DNA of 64,000 bases from a phage: assembly GCA_014685065.1 (NCBI GenBank), contig GCA_014685065.1_4092.1. One strand, given 5' to 3'. Made by a program: the position numbers and the translations under genes. Within the stretch, counting starts at the first letter, position 1; every line of letters starts with the position of its first letter. Below the pieces are notes generated by a model. That model saw only the letters and a program-made list of their open reading frames with translations. It made no database searches and was not told the DNA's origin. This document shows, one piece after another, positions 1 through 9,004 of this stretch.

Positions 1-102
1 ATGGTATGTTTTTTGGTTTCTGGGCAGGTGAGATTATGCGTGGATTGGGGTTATACTCAATGTACCGTTTAAACACACCAAATCGTTTCCGTGATTTATA
101 AC

Positions 103-131
103 TTGACATAGAAAAAGTAATTATGTATAAT
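103..131 (+). promoter_or_regulatory. sigma70-type promoter TTGACA-N17-TATAAT
   Basis: TTGACA at 103-108, 17-nt spacer, TATAAT at 126-131; upstream of first ORF. Confidence 0.5.
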
Positions 132-132
132 T

Positions 133-163
133 AGAGAACTTCATATGGAGTTCTCTTTTTTTA
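133..163 (+). terminator. hairpin plus T-run (intrinsic terminator or leader hairpin)
   Basis: AGAGAACT / AGTTCTCT stem with 7-nt loop followed by TTTTTTT. Confidence 0.45.
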
Positions 164-175
164 TAAGGTGATAAA

Positions 176-595
176 ATGTTAAATGAACGTATTAAAAATG
201 CACTACATGTATTGAATCAAGAAGTCAATTCTATTCATAAAAGTACTGACCGTTATAAAGTAATGCATGAAATCAAACAAGAATTGGAATCTATTAATAA
301 GGGAGAGTGGTGGTATCTTCAGCCCGAATATCAAACTCGTGAATTAAACGATGTTGAAAAAGAAATTGTCAAATTCATCACTACTCGTTATTGTGATACA
401 TCAGAGAATGATGTATCAGCGAACTTCAATCTTACTAAATTGGAAGTCGAAGAAAAATTCCATTTTGATTGGCTTGATTGGATTGAAATGGTAATGGAAC
501 TAGAAGAAAAATTCAATGTTGAAGTTGATGAAAAGTTCGAGAATAATGAAACTAAGCTGTATGAACTAGTAGAACATATTCAAAAAATGTTGTAA
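176..595 (+). CDS. hypothetical protein with acyl-carrier-protein-like C-terminal helix motif (DWLDWIEMVMELEEKF), attachment Ser replaced by Trp
   Basis: ORF 139 aa, RBS AAGGTG; motif resembles ACP [16 protein letters not shown] from memory. Confidence 0.4.
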   Translation: MLNERIKNALHVLNQEVNSIHKSTDRYKVMHEIKQELESINKGEWWYLQPEYQTRELNDVEKEIVKFITTRYCDTSENDVSANFNLTKLEVEEKFHFDWLDWIEMVMELEEKFNVEVDEKFENNETKLYELVEHIQKML

Positions 596-648
596 AACTA
601 TACAATTGTATACTCTAAATAATATCATCAACTATAGGAGATATTATT

Positions 649-1023
649 ATGAGTATGTTAGAAATAATTGTTTCAAAAATTCTTATTCCATTTTGGAAAC
701 CAATTTCTTTTGTATTATTAATTGGCGGTTCAGCTTATGCTGGTTGGGAAGCTAATACTTATTACAGTGGATATCAACAAAGCATAGAGCAACAAATAGC
801 TAAAAAAGTTGATACCGCCTTGGATAAAATGCAACAAGAAAATGCAAAAAATTACCTTGAAACTAAAAAAATCATGGAAGATAATGCTAAAGTTATTGAA
901 ACAAAGGTTCCTTTTATTGTAGAACGTGAAGTTTATAAGAATGTATGTTTAGATGAAGATGGTGTAAAAGTACTAAATGAACTAAAACAAAATTCTCAAG
1001 CAGCGAGGAATAAATTCAAATGA
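649..1023 (+). CDS. i-spanin-like protein (N-terminal TM helix plus coiled-coil rich periplasmic part)
   Basis: hydrophobic segment ILIPFWKPISFVLLIGG then charged helical region; AGGAG RBS; stop overlaps next start. Confidence 0.4.
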   Translation: MSMLEIIVSKILIPFWKPISFVLLIGGSAYAGWEANTYYSGYQQSIEQQIAKKVDTALDKMQQENAKNYLETKKIMEDNAKVIETKVPFIVEREVYKNVCLDEDGVKVLNELKQNSQAARNKFK

Positions 1024-1328
1024 AAAAATTATTAGTTCCAATGATTTCTTTTTTAATTATAAGTGGGTGTGCCGAGCAAGTAAAACTACAATCCCCCGCA
1101 CCAATTAAACAAGAAATTCTGTTAGAAAGATGTGATGATGATACACCTCTACCACAAAAAATTATGATTGACAAAAATGGTTTTAAAGGTTATGATGGTG
1201 CAGAAATTCTTAAAGTACTTACTCGTTGGGATGCAGTATACAATGAATGTGCTTTAAAACATGACGCATTGATTAAAACTATTCGTGATTTACAAGGTAA
1301 AGATATTAAAATCAATATCAAGGAATAA
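1020..1328 (+). CDS. o-spanin-like lipoprotein
   Basis: signal peptide with lipobox LIISGC, ATGA overlap with upstream TM protein. Confidence 0.45.
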   Translation: MKKLLVPMISFLIISGCAEQVKLQSPAPIKQEILLERCDDDTPLPQKIMIDKNGFKGYDGAEILKVLTRWDAVYNECALKHDALIKTIRDLQGKDIKINIKE

Positions 1329-1329
1329 A

Positions 1330-1941
1330 ATGAACAAATATCATGTTTACTATACGACTAAATTATCACTTCTTGAAGAATTAAATCAACGAAGTACTAA
1401 GATGAAACGCTACACTTTAAATGGAATTACTTTTAGGTATTTCCCACAAAAAGTTCTTACATTTATTAAGAATCCAAAATGCGTGGCATGTGGGATTGAA
1501 GCCACTGAAGTACGCATTGAACGTTCATTTTGTTCTGATCCAGTATATGGTAAACCACATTTAAATATATATGCTGTATGTGGTCTTTATGAAGTGTTGA
1601 TGACAGTTGATCATAATCATCTGGCATCTAAGGGTGGACCTGATTTAGAGTCAAACTTTAATACTATGTGCTCCAGATGTAATCAACTACGTTCGAATAA
1701 AACTGAAACAGTTGATGAGTTTCTTGAGAAAGTTAAAGGTCGTAATCTTCTCCAAGAACATATGAATAATTTCTTTAATGTACAAAAAAAGAAAAATAAC
1801 ATTGACAAGTCGAAACTACTAGAAGAACGTAGGTTACGTCAAGAATTATGGGAAACTGATCATCTATGGCATGTTCGAGAGTTTGGTCGTCATATGAAAG
1901 CTTTGAAAAAAGAACAAAAGAAATTGAATAAACATGATTGA
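1330..1941 (+). CDS. HNH endonuclease
   Basis: CVAC ... DHNH ... N ... CSRCN zinc-finger/HNH motif; ATG at 1330 preferred over track start 1285. Confidence 0.6.
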   Translation: MNKYHVYYTTKLSLLEELNQRSTKMKRYTLNGITFRYFPQKVLTFIKNPKCVACGIEATEVRIERSFCSDPVYGKPHLNIYAVCGLYEVLMTVDHNHLASKGGPDLESNFNTMCSRCNQLRSNKTETVDEFLEKVKGRNLLQEHMNNFFNVQKKKNNIDKSKLLEERRLRQELWETDHLWHVREFGRHMKALKKEQKKLNKHD

Positions 1942-1954
1942 TATGATATTATAG

Positions 1955-1983
1955 GGACTTGAGTATTCAAGTCCTTTTTTTTT
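1955..1983 (+). terminator. intrinsic terminator
   Basis: GGACTTGA gtat TCAAGTCC hairpin then T9. Confidence 0.7.
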
Positions 1984-1994
1984 GGAGAAAATAT

Positions 1995-2267
1995 ATGAAA
2001 ACTAAATTATTTCCACAACAAATAATGATTGAACTGTGCGAACATCAGTCTGGTGAAGTTGTTACAATCAGTGGTGATACGTATTCCATCATTTTAAATG
2101 AACAACAATTTGATCATACAAATCATACGAATGAACTGTATAATCTTATGTTTATGGACGATAAGAGTGAAAAATACTATCATTGTACATATGAACGATG
2201 TATAGATACAACACCATTTTGTAATGAAATGGTTGGTGTTAAATGTTATGAATGTGAAGTGTTATGA
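1995..2267 (+). CDS. hypothetical protein, paralog family A (Cys-rich C-terminus)
   Basis: GGAG RBS; shares MKTKLF...ELCEH...VVTISG...EKYYHCTYER...TPFC...GVKCYE with next ORF. Confidence 0.6.
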   Translation: MKTKLFPQQIMIELCEHQSGEVVTISGDTYSIILNEQQFDHTNHTNELYNLMFMDDKSEKYYHCTYERCIDTTPFCNEMVGVKCYECEVL

Positions 2268-2287
2268 AGTTTTTTAGGTAAAAATAT

Positions 2288-2644
2288 ATGAAAACAAAAA
2301 TCTTTCTACCACAAACCATGATGGAACTGTGTGAACATGATGCAGGAGATGTTGTCACTATTAGTGGTTCCTGGAATGAGAGTACTGAAGACTTTATGCC
2401 AGATGAGGTATATTCTGTTGTTTTAAATGAACAGTACAATACAAGCCGTTGGAATGAACAGTACAATCTAGTTTTTCTTGACAATAACAATGAAAAGTAC
2501 TATCATTGTACGTATGAACGAGGTCTGACAGAACGTAACTACACAACTCCTTTCTGTGATGAAATGGATGGTGTAAAGTGCTATGAAGTTTCTGTTCGTC
2601 AGGTTCCAGTTGTTACTTACAAAACCGAGTGGGATTATCTGTAA
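2288..2644 (+). CDS. hypothetical protein, paralog family A
   Basis: tandem paralog of 1995-2267. Confidence 0.6.
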   Translation: MKTKIFLPQTMMELCEHDAGDVVTISGSWNESTEDFMPDEVYSVVLNEQYNTSRWNEQYNLVFLDNNNEKYYHCTYERGLTERNYTTPFCDEMDGVKCYEVSVRQVPVVTYKTEWDYL

Positions 2645-3042
2645 TGATTAAAGATTTAGATTTTTCAAATTTAGAGATCATCAGTGCAGTGAAGAATATT
2701 ACTGATATGGATGATGAAAAAGGTGTAATGGTAACTATCACTTTCGTAAAGGAAGAGGATAGCTATAAGCATCTTACTGGAATTGAAGAACTAATTCATA
2801 AAACCAATCTTGAGAATGATGGTAAACTCATCAAGCTTCAGGCTTCATATACGCAAAAAACGTCAAATTTTATAGACCTAAATAATGTAGTCAAGGTGGT
2901 ATACAATCATCCTGATCACACATATAGGAACACGACAAGAAATGAAAATGTTGCTAACGATTCGAATATTATCGAAGATGTTGAATTCATAAACACAATT
3001 TTTGATCGTTGTTCTAAGGATTTAAAAAAAGTATACATGTAA
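2644..3042 (+). CDS. hypothetical protein
   Basis: ORF, TAATG overlap start. Confidence 0.5.
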   Translation: MIKDLDFSNLEIISAVKNITDMDDEKGVMVTITFVKEEDSYKHLTGIEELIHKTNLENDGKLIKLQASYTQKTSNFIDLNNVVKVVYNHPDHTYRNTTRNENVANDSNIIEDVEFINTIFDRCSKDLKKVYM

Positions 3043-3043
3043 T

Positions 3044-3071
3044 GGGACATTATATGTTCCAATGATATAAT
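3044..3071 (+). promoter_or_regulatory. sigma70-type promoter GGGACA-N16-TGaTATAAT
   Basis: GGGACA 3044-3049, TATAAT 3066-3071 with TG extended -10; drives ORF-free region. Confidence 0.55.
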
Positions 3072-3344
3072 GTATATAGAAAATGACAACGGACATTGAA
3101 AAATGGACACTGAGAACCTACTTCTCTTGAAAATGTAAAGGATAGATGAGCTTTACCGTTGTAGCGAACAGCAGAAGAAACCTGTTAGAGTACTGGCATT
3201 TAAACAAACACGATGTAAGACCACGAATCACGGCGACACGGCTGTATAAAGAACTCCGATAAGCATACAGAGAGTTCCTAGATAGATGTATAAGGTTCGC
3301 ACCTTACCAGATTTGCTAAGGGAGTTTAAGAATAGCGGACGCAA

Positions 3345-3529
3345 TTTTACAAGAAAGTTGCGTCCAAAATTTGAGAACAGGTACTACTTTGATCGAATAG
3401 AGTTAGTACTGAGTGCTGTTGATGAAAAGACCAGCGACCGTTGCATATGACTGCGATAGAGAGAAACCGAGCAACCCGCTTTCGCTCTCTAAATTTTGGT
3501 ACAAGAAAGATCCGTCCAAAATTTGAGAA
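3345..3529 (+). repeat. duplicated ~33-nt element (two copies: 3345-3377 and 3496-3529) containing exact 17-mer CGTCCAAAATTTGAGAA
   Basis: exact 17-nt direct repeat at 3361-3377 and 3513-3529, each copy embedded in a hairpin. Confidence 0.7.
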
Positions 3530-3567
3530 ATTCGCAATTCGATAATATCCGATGCCATCATCGTCAA

Positions 3568-3592
3568 GAGAGACTTAATTGTCTCTTTTTTA
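3568..3592 (+). terminator. intrinsic terminator inside non-coding region
   Basis: AGAGAC ttaatt GTCTCT then TTTTTTATT. Confidence 0.5.
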
Positions 3593-3731
3593 TTACCTTC
3601 ATTCCCCTGCGGGGGGATGTAATAGTCCTCAACAAATCCCGTCAAGTTTTTAAAGTACATTATCATTTTCAGAAGGAACTAGTTTACGAAGTAAACGCAG
3701 TGACTTCTTGAGTTACGAGAGAACGAAGTGA

Positions 3732-4160
3732 ATGAGTAACACAACGAAAATATACGATAAATCTGAATTAACACAAATGTTATTCAAAGAATATTTTGAG
3801 TTTCAGATAAAAGACGAACATCAATTACCACAGCAATATTTGAAAAGAATTAAAGATCCGTCAGTAATTACTAAAGAAACTAATTTTTATAATAGTATTT
3901 TAGATTTCGTTAAATCAGTTCATACAACAAGACCTATTGTAGTTTTGTTTTTTGATAAATCTATTCCTTTAGTAGTTCCTGAAAATGTATTTTTTATCTC
4001 AGAAACTGATTTAAATAATCAAAGTACTGTAAGTAGATTAAGAAATTGCTTACTTGTAGTATGTGATTCTTCTTTGTATATTAATAGAATACTATGGGAT
4101 AGAAGTAAACGCAATGCAGTTTCGGAAATGAATCCTGAAATTACCTTTATTATTAACTAA
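3732..4160 (+). CDS. hypothetical protein
   Basis: ORF 142 aa. Confidence 0.5.
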   Translation: MSNTTKIYDKSELTQMLFKEYFEFQIKDEHQLPQQYLKRIKDPSVITKETNFYNSILDFVKSVHTTRPIVVLFFDKSIPLVVPENVFFISETDLNNQSTVSRLRNCLLVVCDSSLYINRILWDRSKRNAVSEMNPEITFIIN

Positions 4161-4192
4161 ATAATAAGAGAATAACTCTAAGGAGAGATATT

Positions 4193-4633
4193 ATGGAAGA
4201 TATTAATGATTTACGACACGTAATGGACTTTATCGGAAGTACTGAAGAAGATAATTCATATGATGAAGTACTATTAACTTTTATTGAAAATAGTTTGTTT
4301 TTAAGTTCTGCTGCACATAACTGGCACTTACAATGTCATTTTTATACAAAGCATTTACAATTAGATGAACTATATAAAGAATTACCAGAATATGTAGACG
4401 CATTTGTTGAAGGTATCATGAATAATCGTGGTGCTTTGCAAGTTGGGACTGGTAATAGTTATCGTTTTACACCAATTGAAGATTGTGTACCAATTCTTGA
4501 AGAATATGTTGAGCAATGCAGAGCAATTCATGATATGCTTGAAGAATCGGGTGATTACGGCAGTGTAAACACATTAGAAGATATTATGAGTTTTGTTGAA
4601 GGAACACTTTACAAACTTAAAGTTTTACAATAA
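4193..4633 (+). CDS. ferritin/Dps-like four-helix-bundle protein (tentative)
   Basis: AGGAG RBS; motif AAHNWHLQCHFYTKHLQLDELYKELPEYVDAFVE resembles Dps HWNV..F..LH..fde signature. Confidence 0.35.
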   Translation: MEDINDLRHVMDFIGSTEEDNSYDEVLLTFIENSLFLSSAAHNWHLQCHFYTKHLQLDELYKELPEYVDAFVEGIMNNRGALQVGTGNSYRFTPIEDCVPILEEYVEQCRAIHDMLEESGDYGSVNTLEDIMSFVEGTLYKLKVLQ

Positions 4634-4640
4634 AATATAC

Positions 4641-4670
4641 GGAGAGTCTTTTTGACTCTCCTTTTCTTTT
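4641..4670 (+). terminator. intrinsic terminator
   Basis: GGAGAGTC ttttt GACTCTCC then TTTTCTTTT. Confidence 0.7.
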
Positions 4671-4681
4671 GGAGAAATAAT

Positions 4682-5314
4682 ATGAAATCGCATGAATTAG
4701 CAAAATTACTACTGTCTCAACCGAATCTAGACATTTATCATTATGATGCAGAGAGTGACTTGCATTATCAGAATTTTGATAATAGATTAATGGTTACACC
4801 ATCTGGTATTTTCACCACAGTAAAAACCACATTAGATTATGAAAATGTACTTACTCCATACCATACACCACTCTTGGGTCACGTCCAAATTTTCTTTAAG
4901 GATGGTACTATTACTCCAAAATTGGAGGGTTCACATATCCAAACTGTTCTTAACTTAGAATATGGGTTGGTATTTAACATTCCTTATGAAAAGCCAATTA
5001 TTTTATTAGGTAAAAATCAATCAACACAATTCACTAATCAACATGCTGTTTGTTATACATCCGATGATATTGATTTCATTTCAGTACTGACAGAATATGA
5101 TCCTAATACTTGGCATGAAACATGGGAAAATATGTCATATGATGAAGCAATTGAATGTGGTAAAAATTTAGCCAAAATGTTATTTCCACCGAAAAAAGAA
5201 CTTTCACAAGAACAAAATGAATCATTTTCTAAAGATTTTCCTGATTCTGAATTCAATGTTAAAGCATCAACTACCAAAATTGGTGAATTTCTAAATGAAA
5301 ATCAAAAAGATTAA
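4682..5314 (+). CDS. hypothetical protein, paralog family B
   Basis: GGAG RBS; N-terminus HELAKLLLSQPNLDIYHYD similar to 5684-6268 KDLAALLMQNPEMEVYHEH. Confidence 0.55.
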   Translation: MKSHELAKLLLSQPNLDIYHYDAESDLHYQNFDNRLMVTPSGIFTTVKTTLDYENVLTPYHTPLLGHVQIFFKDGTITPKLEGSHIQTVLNLEYGLVFNIPYEKPIILLGKNQSTQFTNQHAVCYTSDDIDFISVLTEYDPNTWHETWENMSYDEAIECGKNLAKMLFPPKKELSQEQNESFSKDFPDSEFNVKASTTKIGEFLNENQKD

Positions 5315-5687
5315 ATTCCACCAGCATTGTTCTATACATGTCTGTGATGATTGTGGTATACAAATGAGTGATATTTATACAGTTTCCTGTAAAGGTTTCA
5401 AATTCACTCATGGTGAACCTGCTTACTGTTATGGCACAGAAGAAGGTGATATCGAGATAGTACTGAAAGAATTGTTCCAGTACTTGCAAAGTGTCGGTCA
5501 TGATGTTACAATACCCACATATTATGAAGATGATTATGATGCACATGTGGAAGAAAATACATATTATAATCAATTCGTTTATGGTAATGGTTTTATCACA
5601 TACCTACATGAGAATGGTATTGAGGTAAAAACTAAGTACACCAGTGATGATTATGATGATGATAATTCTATGGAGATTGAAGATTGA
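5295..5687 (+). CDS. hypothetical protein (Cys-rich N-terminus, acidic C-terminus)
   Basis: ORF 130 aa. Confidence 0.45.
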   Translation: MKIKKIKFHQHCSIHVCDDCGIQMSDIYTVSCKGFKFTHGEPAYCYGTEEGDIEIVLKELFQYLQSVGHDVTIPTYYEDDYDAHVEENTYYNQFVYGNGFITYLHENGIEVKTKYTSDDYDDDNSMEIED

Positions 5688-6268
5688 AAGCAAAAGACTT
5701 GGCAGCACTGTTGATGCAGAATCCTGAAATGGAAGTGTATCATGAGCACATGCACATTGATGACATGTGTGACGCTTACTATTCACCAGAAAATGTGTCT
5801 GGTATTGAAATCACCCCTAGTGGAGTATTCATCAGTACTGAACGTATTGATTATAATTCCCAGCAAGAAATCAAAACTCCACATAATAAACCTCGCATTG
5901 GTGCAATTGACCTAGTATTTCATCAGGACCGTTTGGTGGAATATGATGAAGACGATGGTACTACCCGAACTGATGTTGAGAATGTTGTTTTTCGTTTTTA
6001 TAATGCATACGAAGACCCAACTACTGGAGAAGATTTCTTCCGTGAGCTATTAGAGGATGGAGAAGTTTATGGTCAGGATGGTACGGTTTTTGTACTAGAC
6101 CCTAACTATGAGCCAGATCACAATACATGGCAATTCTATACACCAGAAGATGTAATGGAAGTTAAAGTACTTATGGATATTGACGATAAATGGAATCCTA
6201 TGTATACTTCAATGACATATGAAGAAGCCAAAGAATACTTCGTTTCTAAACTAAACATTACAAAATAA
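5684..6268 (+). CDS. hypothetical protein, paralog family B
   Basis: paralog of 4682-5314. Confidence 0.55.
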   Translation: MKAKDLAALLMQNPEMEVYHEHMHIDDMCDAYYSPENVSGIEITPSGVFISTERIDYNSQQEIKTPHNKPRIGAIDLVFHQDRLVEYDEDDGTTRTDVENVVFRFYNAYEDPTTGEDFFRELLEDGEVYGQDGTVFVLDPNYEPDHNTWQFYTPEDVMEVKVLMDIDDKWNPMYTSMTYEEAKEYFVSKLNITK

Positions 6269-6285
6269 TAAGGATTCACAAATTT

Positions 6286-6567
6286 ATGAAAATTGTTGCA
6301 AGTGCATGGATGAAACTACCAGATGGTACAACTGCTTTTGAAGAATATGGCTTTGTTGAAAGTGTCGATGAATTAAAGCGTTTCAAAAGTGAAAATGATG
6401 ATGATGTGTTTGATATTGTATTTGTATATCATCATATTCCTAATGATACTGATTATGAACATTATTATTATCATCCTGATTTGTTGGAAACACTTGTATG
6501 CGACAACTATCATGAAATTGATGAAAATACAGCTTTACTAATGTTGAGTACCGTATCTCCGGTATAA
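6286..6567 (+). CDS. hypothetical protein
   Basis: ORF with AAGGA RBS. Confidence 0.5.
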   Translation: MKIVASAWMKLPDGTTAFEEYGFVESVDELKRFKSENDDDVFDIVFVYHHIPNDTDYEHYYYHPDLLETLVCDNYHEIDENTALLMLSTVSPV

Positions 6568-6575
6568 GGAGTAAT

Positions 6576-7055
6576 ATGTATAATCTTATAATTATCCGCG
6601 AACCATATGAATCTGACAACAGTTCAACTGATGGTGAGGTTTTAGTATATCAAAGTTATGAACAAAGTGGTATTGAACATGAATTAAAAGATTATTTACG
6701 TCAACATATATATCTATATCGTACAGAACCACGTGAACAGTATGGAGATATAATGTTTATCGTAACTCATAATGGTGCAGTAATTGAACATGTAAATATG
6801 ACAAATAACATGTATTTTCATAATTACACTGACACGTCTAAAGAATTAGGAAACGATTTCAAGTCTGTTTTCGATGCATTGCGTATCAATTTTTTTAAAA
6901 ATGACAAATTCTGTACTGATATTAGATTAGAAGAAGCAAATACAAAAAAGAAACTTTCTCGAAAATACGAGAGTGATAGAAAAAAAGAACAAGAGATTCA
7001 GCGTTTACACGAATTGATGAAAAAATACCCTAATGAGGTACAGCATGGCTCTTAG
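6576..7055 (+). CDS. hypothetical protein
   Basis: ORF with AAGGAG RBS. Confidence 0.5.
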   Translation: MYNLIIIREPYESDNSSTDGEVLVYQSYEQSGIEHELKDYLRQHIYLYRTEPREQYGDIMFIVTHNGAVIEHVNMTNNMYFHNYTDTSKELGNDFKSVFDALRINFFKNDKFCTDIRLEEANTKKKLSRKYESDRKKEQEIQRLHELMKKYPNEVQHGS

Positions 7056-7383
7056 AGGTTCAAATCAATATAAATGTATTGCAGAGATCAGGAAGAAAGA
7101 TGGAACACTTGTAGACCGAGCATTGAAGCAAGAATATAAAGAACTACGTGATGTGGTGCATAATGATAGTTATGGCGGGATGCGTCGTCAAAAAATTTAT
7201 GAATATCTAAAGAAAGGTTTAGAAATTCAGGTTAATGGTCTTCATTGTATTCAAACAAAAAACGATCCTGATATTCTACGTTTGTTGAAAGAAGATAAGA
7301 TTGAAATGTTTAATGTTCCTATTTCATTCTATGGTAATAAACTAAAATGTAAGCATACTTTCTTGAGGATTAAAAATGGTTGA
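7045..7383 (+). CDS. hypothetical protein
   Basis: ORF; ATG 7045 with GAGG RBS preferred. Confidence 0.45.
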   Translation: MALRGSNQYKCIAEIRKKDGTLVDRALKQEYKELRDVVHNDSYGGMRRQKIYEYLKKGLEIQVNGLHCIQTKNDPDILRLLKEDKIEMFNVPISFYGNKLKCKHTFLRIKNG

Positions 7384-7600
7384 TTCATTTATGAAAAAAA
7401 TCTTTAAAAATTTACTATCTGGATTTGAAAAAGCAGTCCGTCTTATTTTCAGTTCAGTTGTAATGGTTATTACAGTACTGGCATTTTCTCTAGTACTGCA
7501 TTTTGTACCATTCTGGTTAGTCTTTATTGTACTTATTGCTCTGCTAGGTGCACATGTTTATTATGTTTACCGTGACGCATTGGATGATGATAACGATTAA
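7376..7600 (+). CDS. small membrane protein with two predicted TM helices (holin candidate, speculative)
   Basis: two long hydrophobic stretches, GAGGA RBS. Confidence 0.4.
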   Translation: MVDSFMKKIFKNLLSGFEKAVRLIFSSVVMVITVLAFSLVLHFVPFWLVFIVLIALLGAHVYYVYRDALDDDND

Positions 7601-7608
7601 ATGTATTT

Positions 7609-7633
7609 GACCTCACTATGTGGGGTCTTTTTT
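7609..7633 (+). terminator. intrinsic terminator
   Basis: 7-bp stem GACCTCA/TGGGGTC with G-U pair then TTTTTT. Confidence 0.45.
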
Positions 7634-7645
7634 AAGGAAAATTAT

Positions 7646-8098
7646 ATGCTTATAGAAACAGAAACATTTAAGCGTTTTATAGACGTATGTCGTGATACGT
7701 GTTTTTGTTTTCTTTCATCACAAGAACAGTTCGATGCAATGAGTGATGTGTTAGGATATCGCCGTTCGGTATTGATGAATTTTGATGGTCCTTTGATTGA
7801 AGTTCATGATGATGTGTATTCCCTCCAATATGTATCAATTAACAATGCGTTCATTTTTATTGCTGACTCGTACTCAATTGTAGTTGAGGAACGTGGTAAA
7901 GGTATACCAACAACACACTATATTGATTGTCAAAGAACTGATTGTGTTTATAGTTCTGGACTAATACAAACACCAATTCCATATCCTAGCATTTATATAA
8001 ACACACTCCATCGAGAAATTATTGAGTACTGTAATAGTATTTCTGATACAGATACACAGTATTTTCCTATTGTATTATTGAAAGGAGTTAGAATATGA
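7646..8098 (+). CDS. hypothetical protein
   Basis: ORF, AAGGA RBS, start after terminator. Confidence 0.5.
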   Translation: MLIETETFKRFIDVCRDTCFCFLSSQEQFDAMSDVLGYRRSVLMNFDGPLIEVHDDVYSLQYVSINNAFIFIADSYSIVVEERGKGIPTTHYIDCQRTDCVYSSGLIQTPIPYPSIYINTLHREIIEYCNSISDTDTQYFPIVLLKGVRI

Positions 8099-8484
8099 GA
8101 TGGAAGAAACGTCACATTAAGCGTTTTGAGAAAATAATTAAAAAATATTACTCACATAAGTTAGATCCAATGATTCTTCAGCTAAGGACCAGTATGTTTG
8201 ATAGACGTTATCCGCAGTGTTTAGAATCGTACAGTCGTAAGGGTTCCAAGAATGAATACCAGGTGTATCGTTATGATTTATCTGAATTGTTTTTGAATAC
8301 TCGTGTATCAGTACCAATCAAGCTGTACTCAAGGGTAAAACGAAGTAGGGTTCAAGATATTACATATGGATATCTTATGATTGAAATCGACGACCTCAAT
8401 GAAAAAACTGGCAGAAATTACAGTACTTTATGTCTGGAAAATCATGATTCAATAAAAAGAATCATAGAAGAGTTGGGAAAGTAA
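8095..8484 (+). CDS. hypothetical protein
   Basis: ORF, ATGA overlap. Confidence 0.5.
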   Translation: MRWKKRHIKRFEKIIKKYYSHKLDPMILQLRTSMFDRRYPQCLESYSRKGSKNEYQVYRYDLSELFLNTRVSVPIKLYSRVKRSRVQDITYGYLMIEIDDLNEKTGRNYSTLCLENHDSIKRIIEELGK

Positions 8485-8513
8485 GATTTTTAGTGCTATA
8501 ATTGGAGATGAGT

Positions 8514-8858
8514 ATGAAATACATCGATAAAGGTACAGTGGAGACACAGTACTGGAATATCCATATTGCTGGTGATATTCAAACAGCAAGAGAGTACACA
8601 AGAAAGTTTGCGTTTAAGCATGGCTTTTGTGTACAATTAATTCCCTGTGAATATATCTACACTGGCGGTCTTGAAAGTGGGATGTGTGCTCGTATTATTC
8701 AGTACCCACGCTTTCCAAAAGAAGAAGTATATCTCAACCGAGATGTATTAAACTATGCAAAGGGTTTAGCTGAAGAGTTGTGTCAAAAGAGCTTTACTAT
8801 AGAGCGAAATAATGATACAATTTATTATGAAAGTGATGAACCTTTACACAAGAAATAA
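8514..8858 (+). CDS. hypothetical protein
   Basis: ORF, GGAG RBS. Confidence 0.5.
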   Translation: MKYIDKGTVETQYWNIHIAGDIQTAREYTRKFAFKHGFCVQLIPCEYIYTGGLESGMCARIIQYPRFPKEEVYLNRDVLNYAKGLAEELCQKSFTIERNNDTIYYESDEPLHKK

Positions 8859-8869
8859 AAGGAAAATAT

Positions 8870-9001
8870 ATGAATGGACTAAAGAAATTTGGTAAAGATT
8901 TTCTAAAATGTATACGCTATACATATGATGCAAACCCAGAAATGACTGCTATTGTGGGTGTGTTTATTACACTCGTTGTATTAAGCTTTATTGTGGTGTA
9001 A
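8870..9001 (+). CDS. small C-terminally TM-anchored protein (43 aa)
   Basis: ORF below track cutoff, AGGA RBS, hydrophobic tail AIVGVFITLVVLSFIVV. Confidence 0.35.
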   Translation: MNGLKKFGKDFLKCIRYTYDANPEMTAIVGVFITLVVLSFIVV

Positions 9002-9004
9002 CAT

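Larger units (their letters stand above)
3078..3592 (+). ncRNA. putative structured non-coding RNA (unknown class)
   Basis: no ORF >90 aa on either strand, locally higher GC, upstream promoter, several hairpins, ends at hairpin plus T-run 3568-3592. Confidence 0.35.

Noticed and set aside
3289-3304. tRNA-like T-arm hairpin (TAAGG TTCGCA CCTTA)
   Set aside because: Loop is 6 nt, not the canonical 7, and no acceptor, D or anticodon arms could be built around it.
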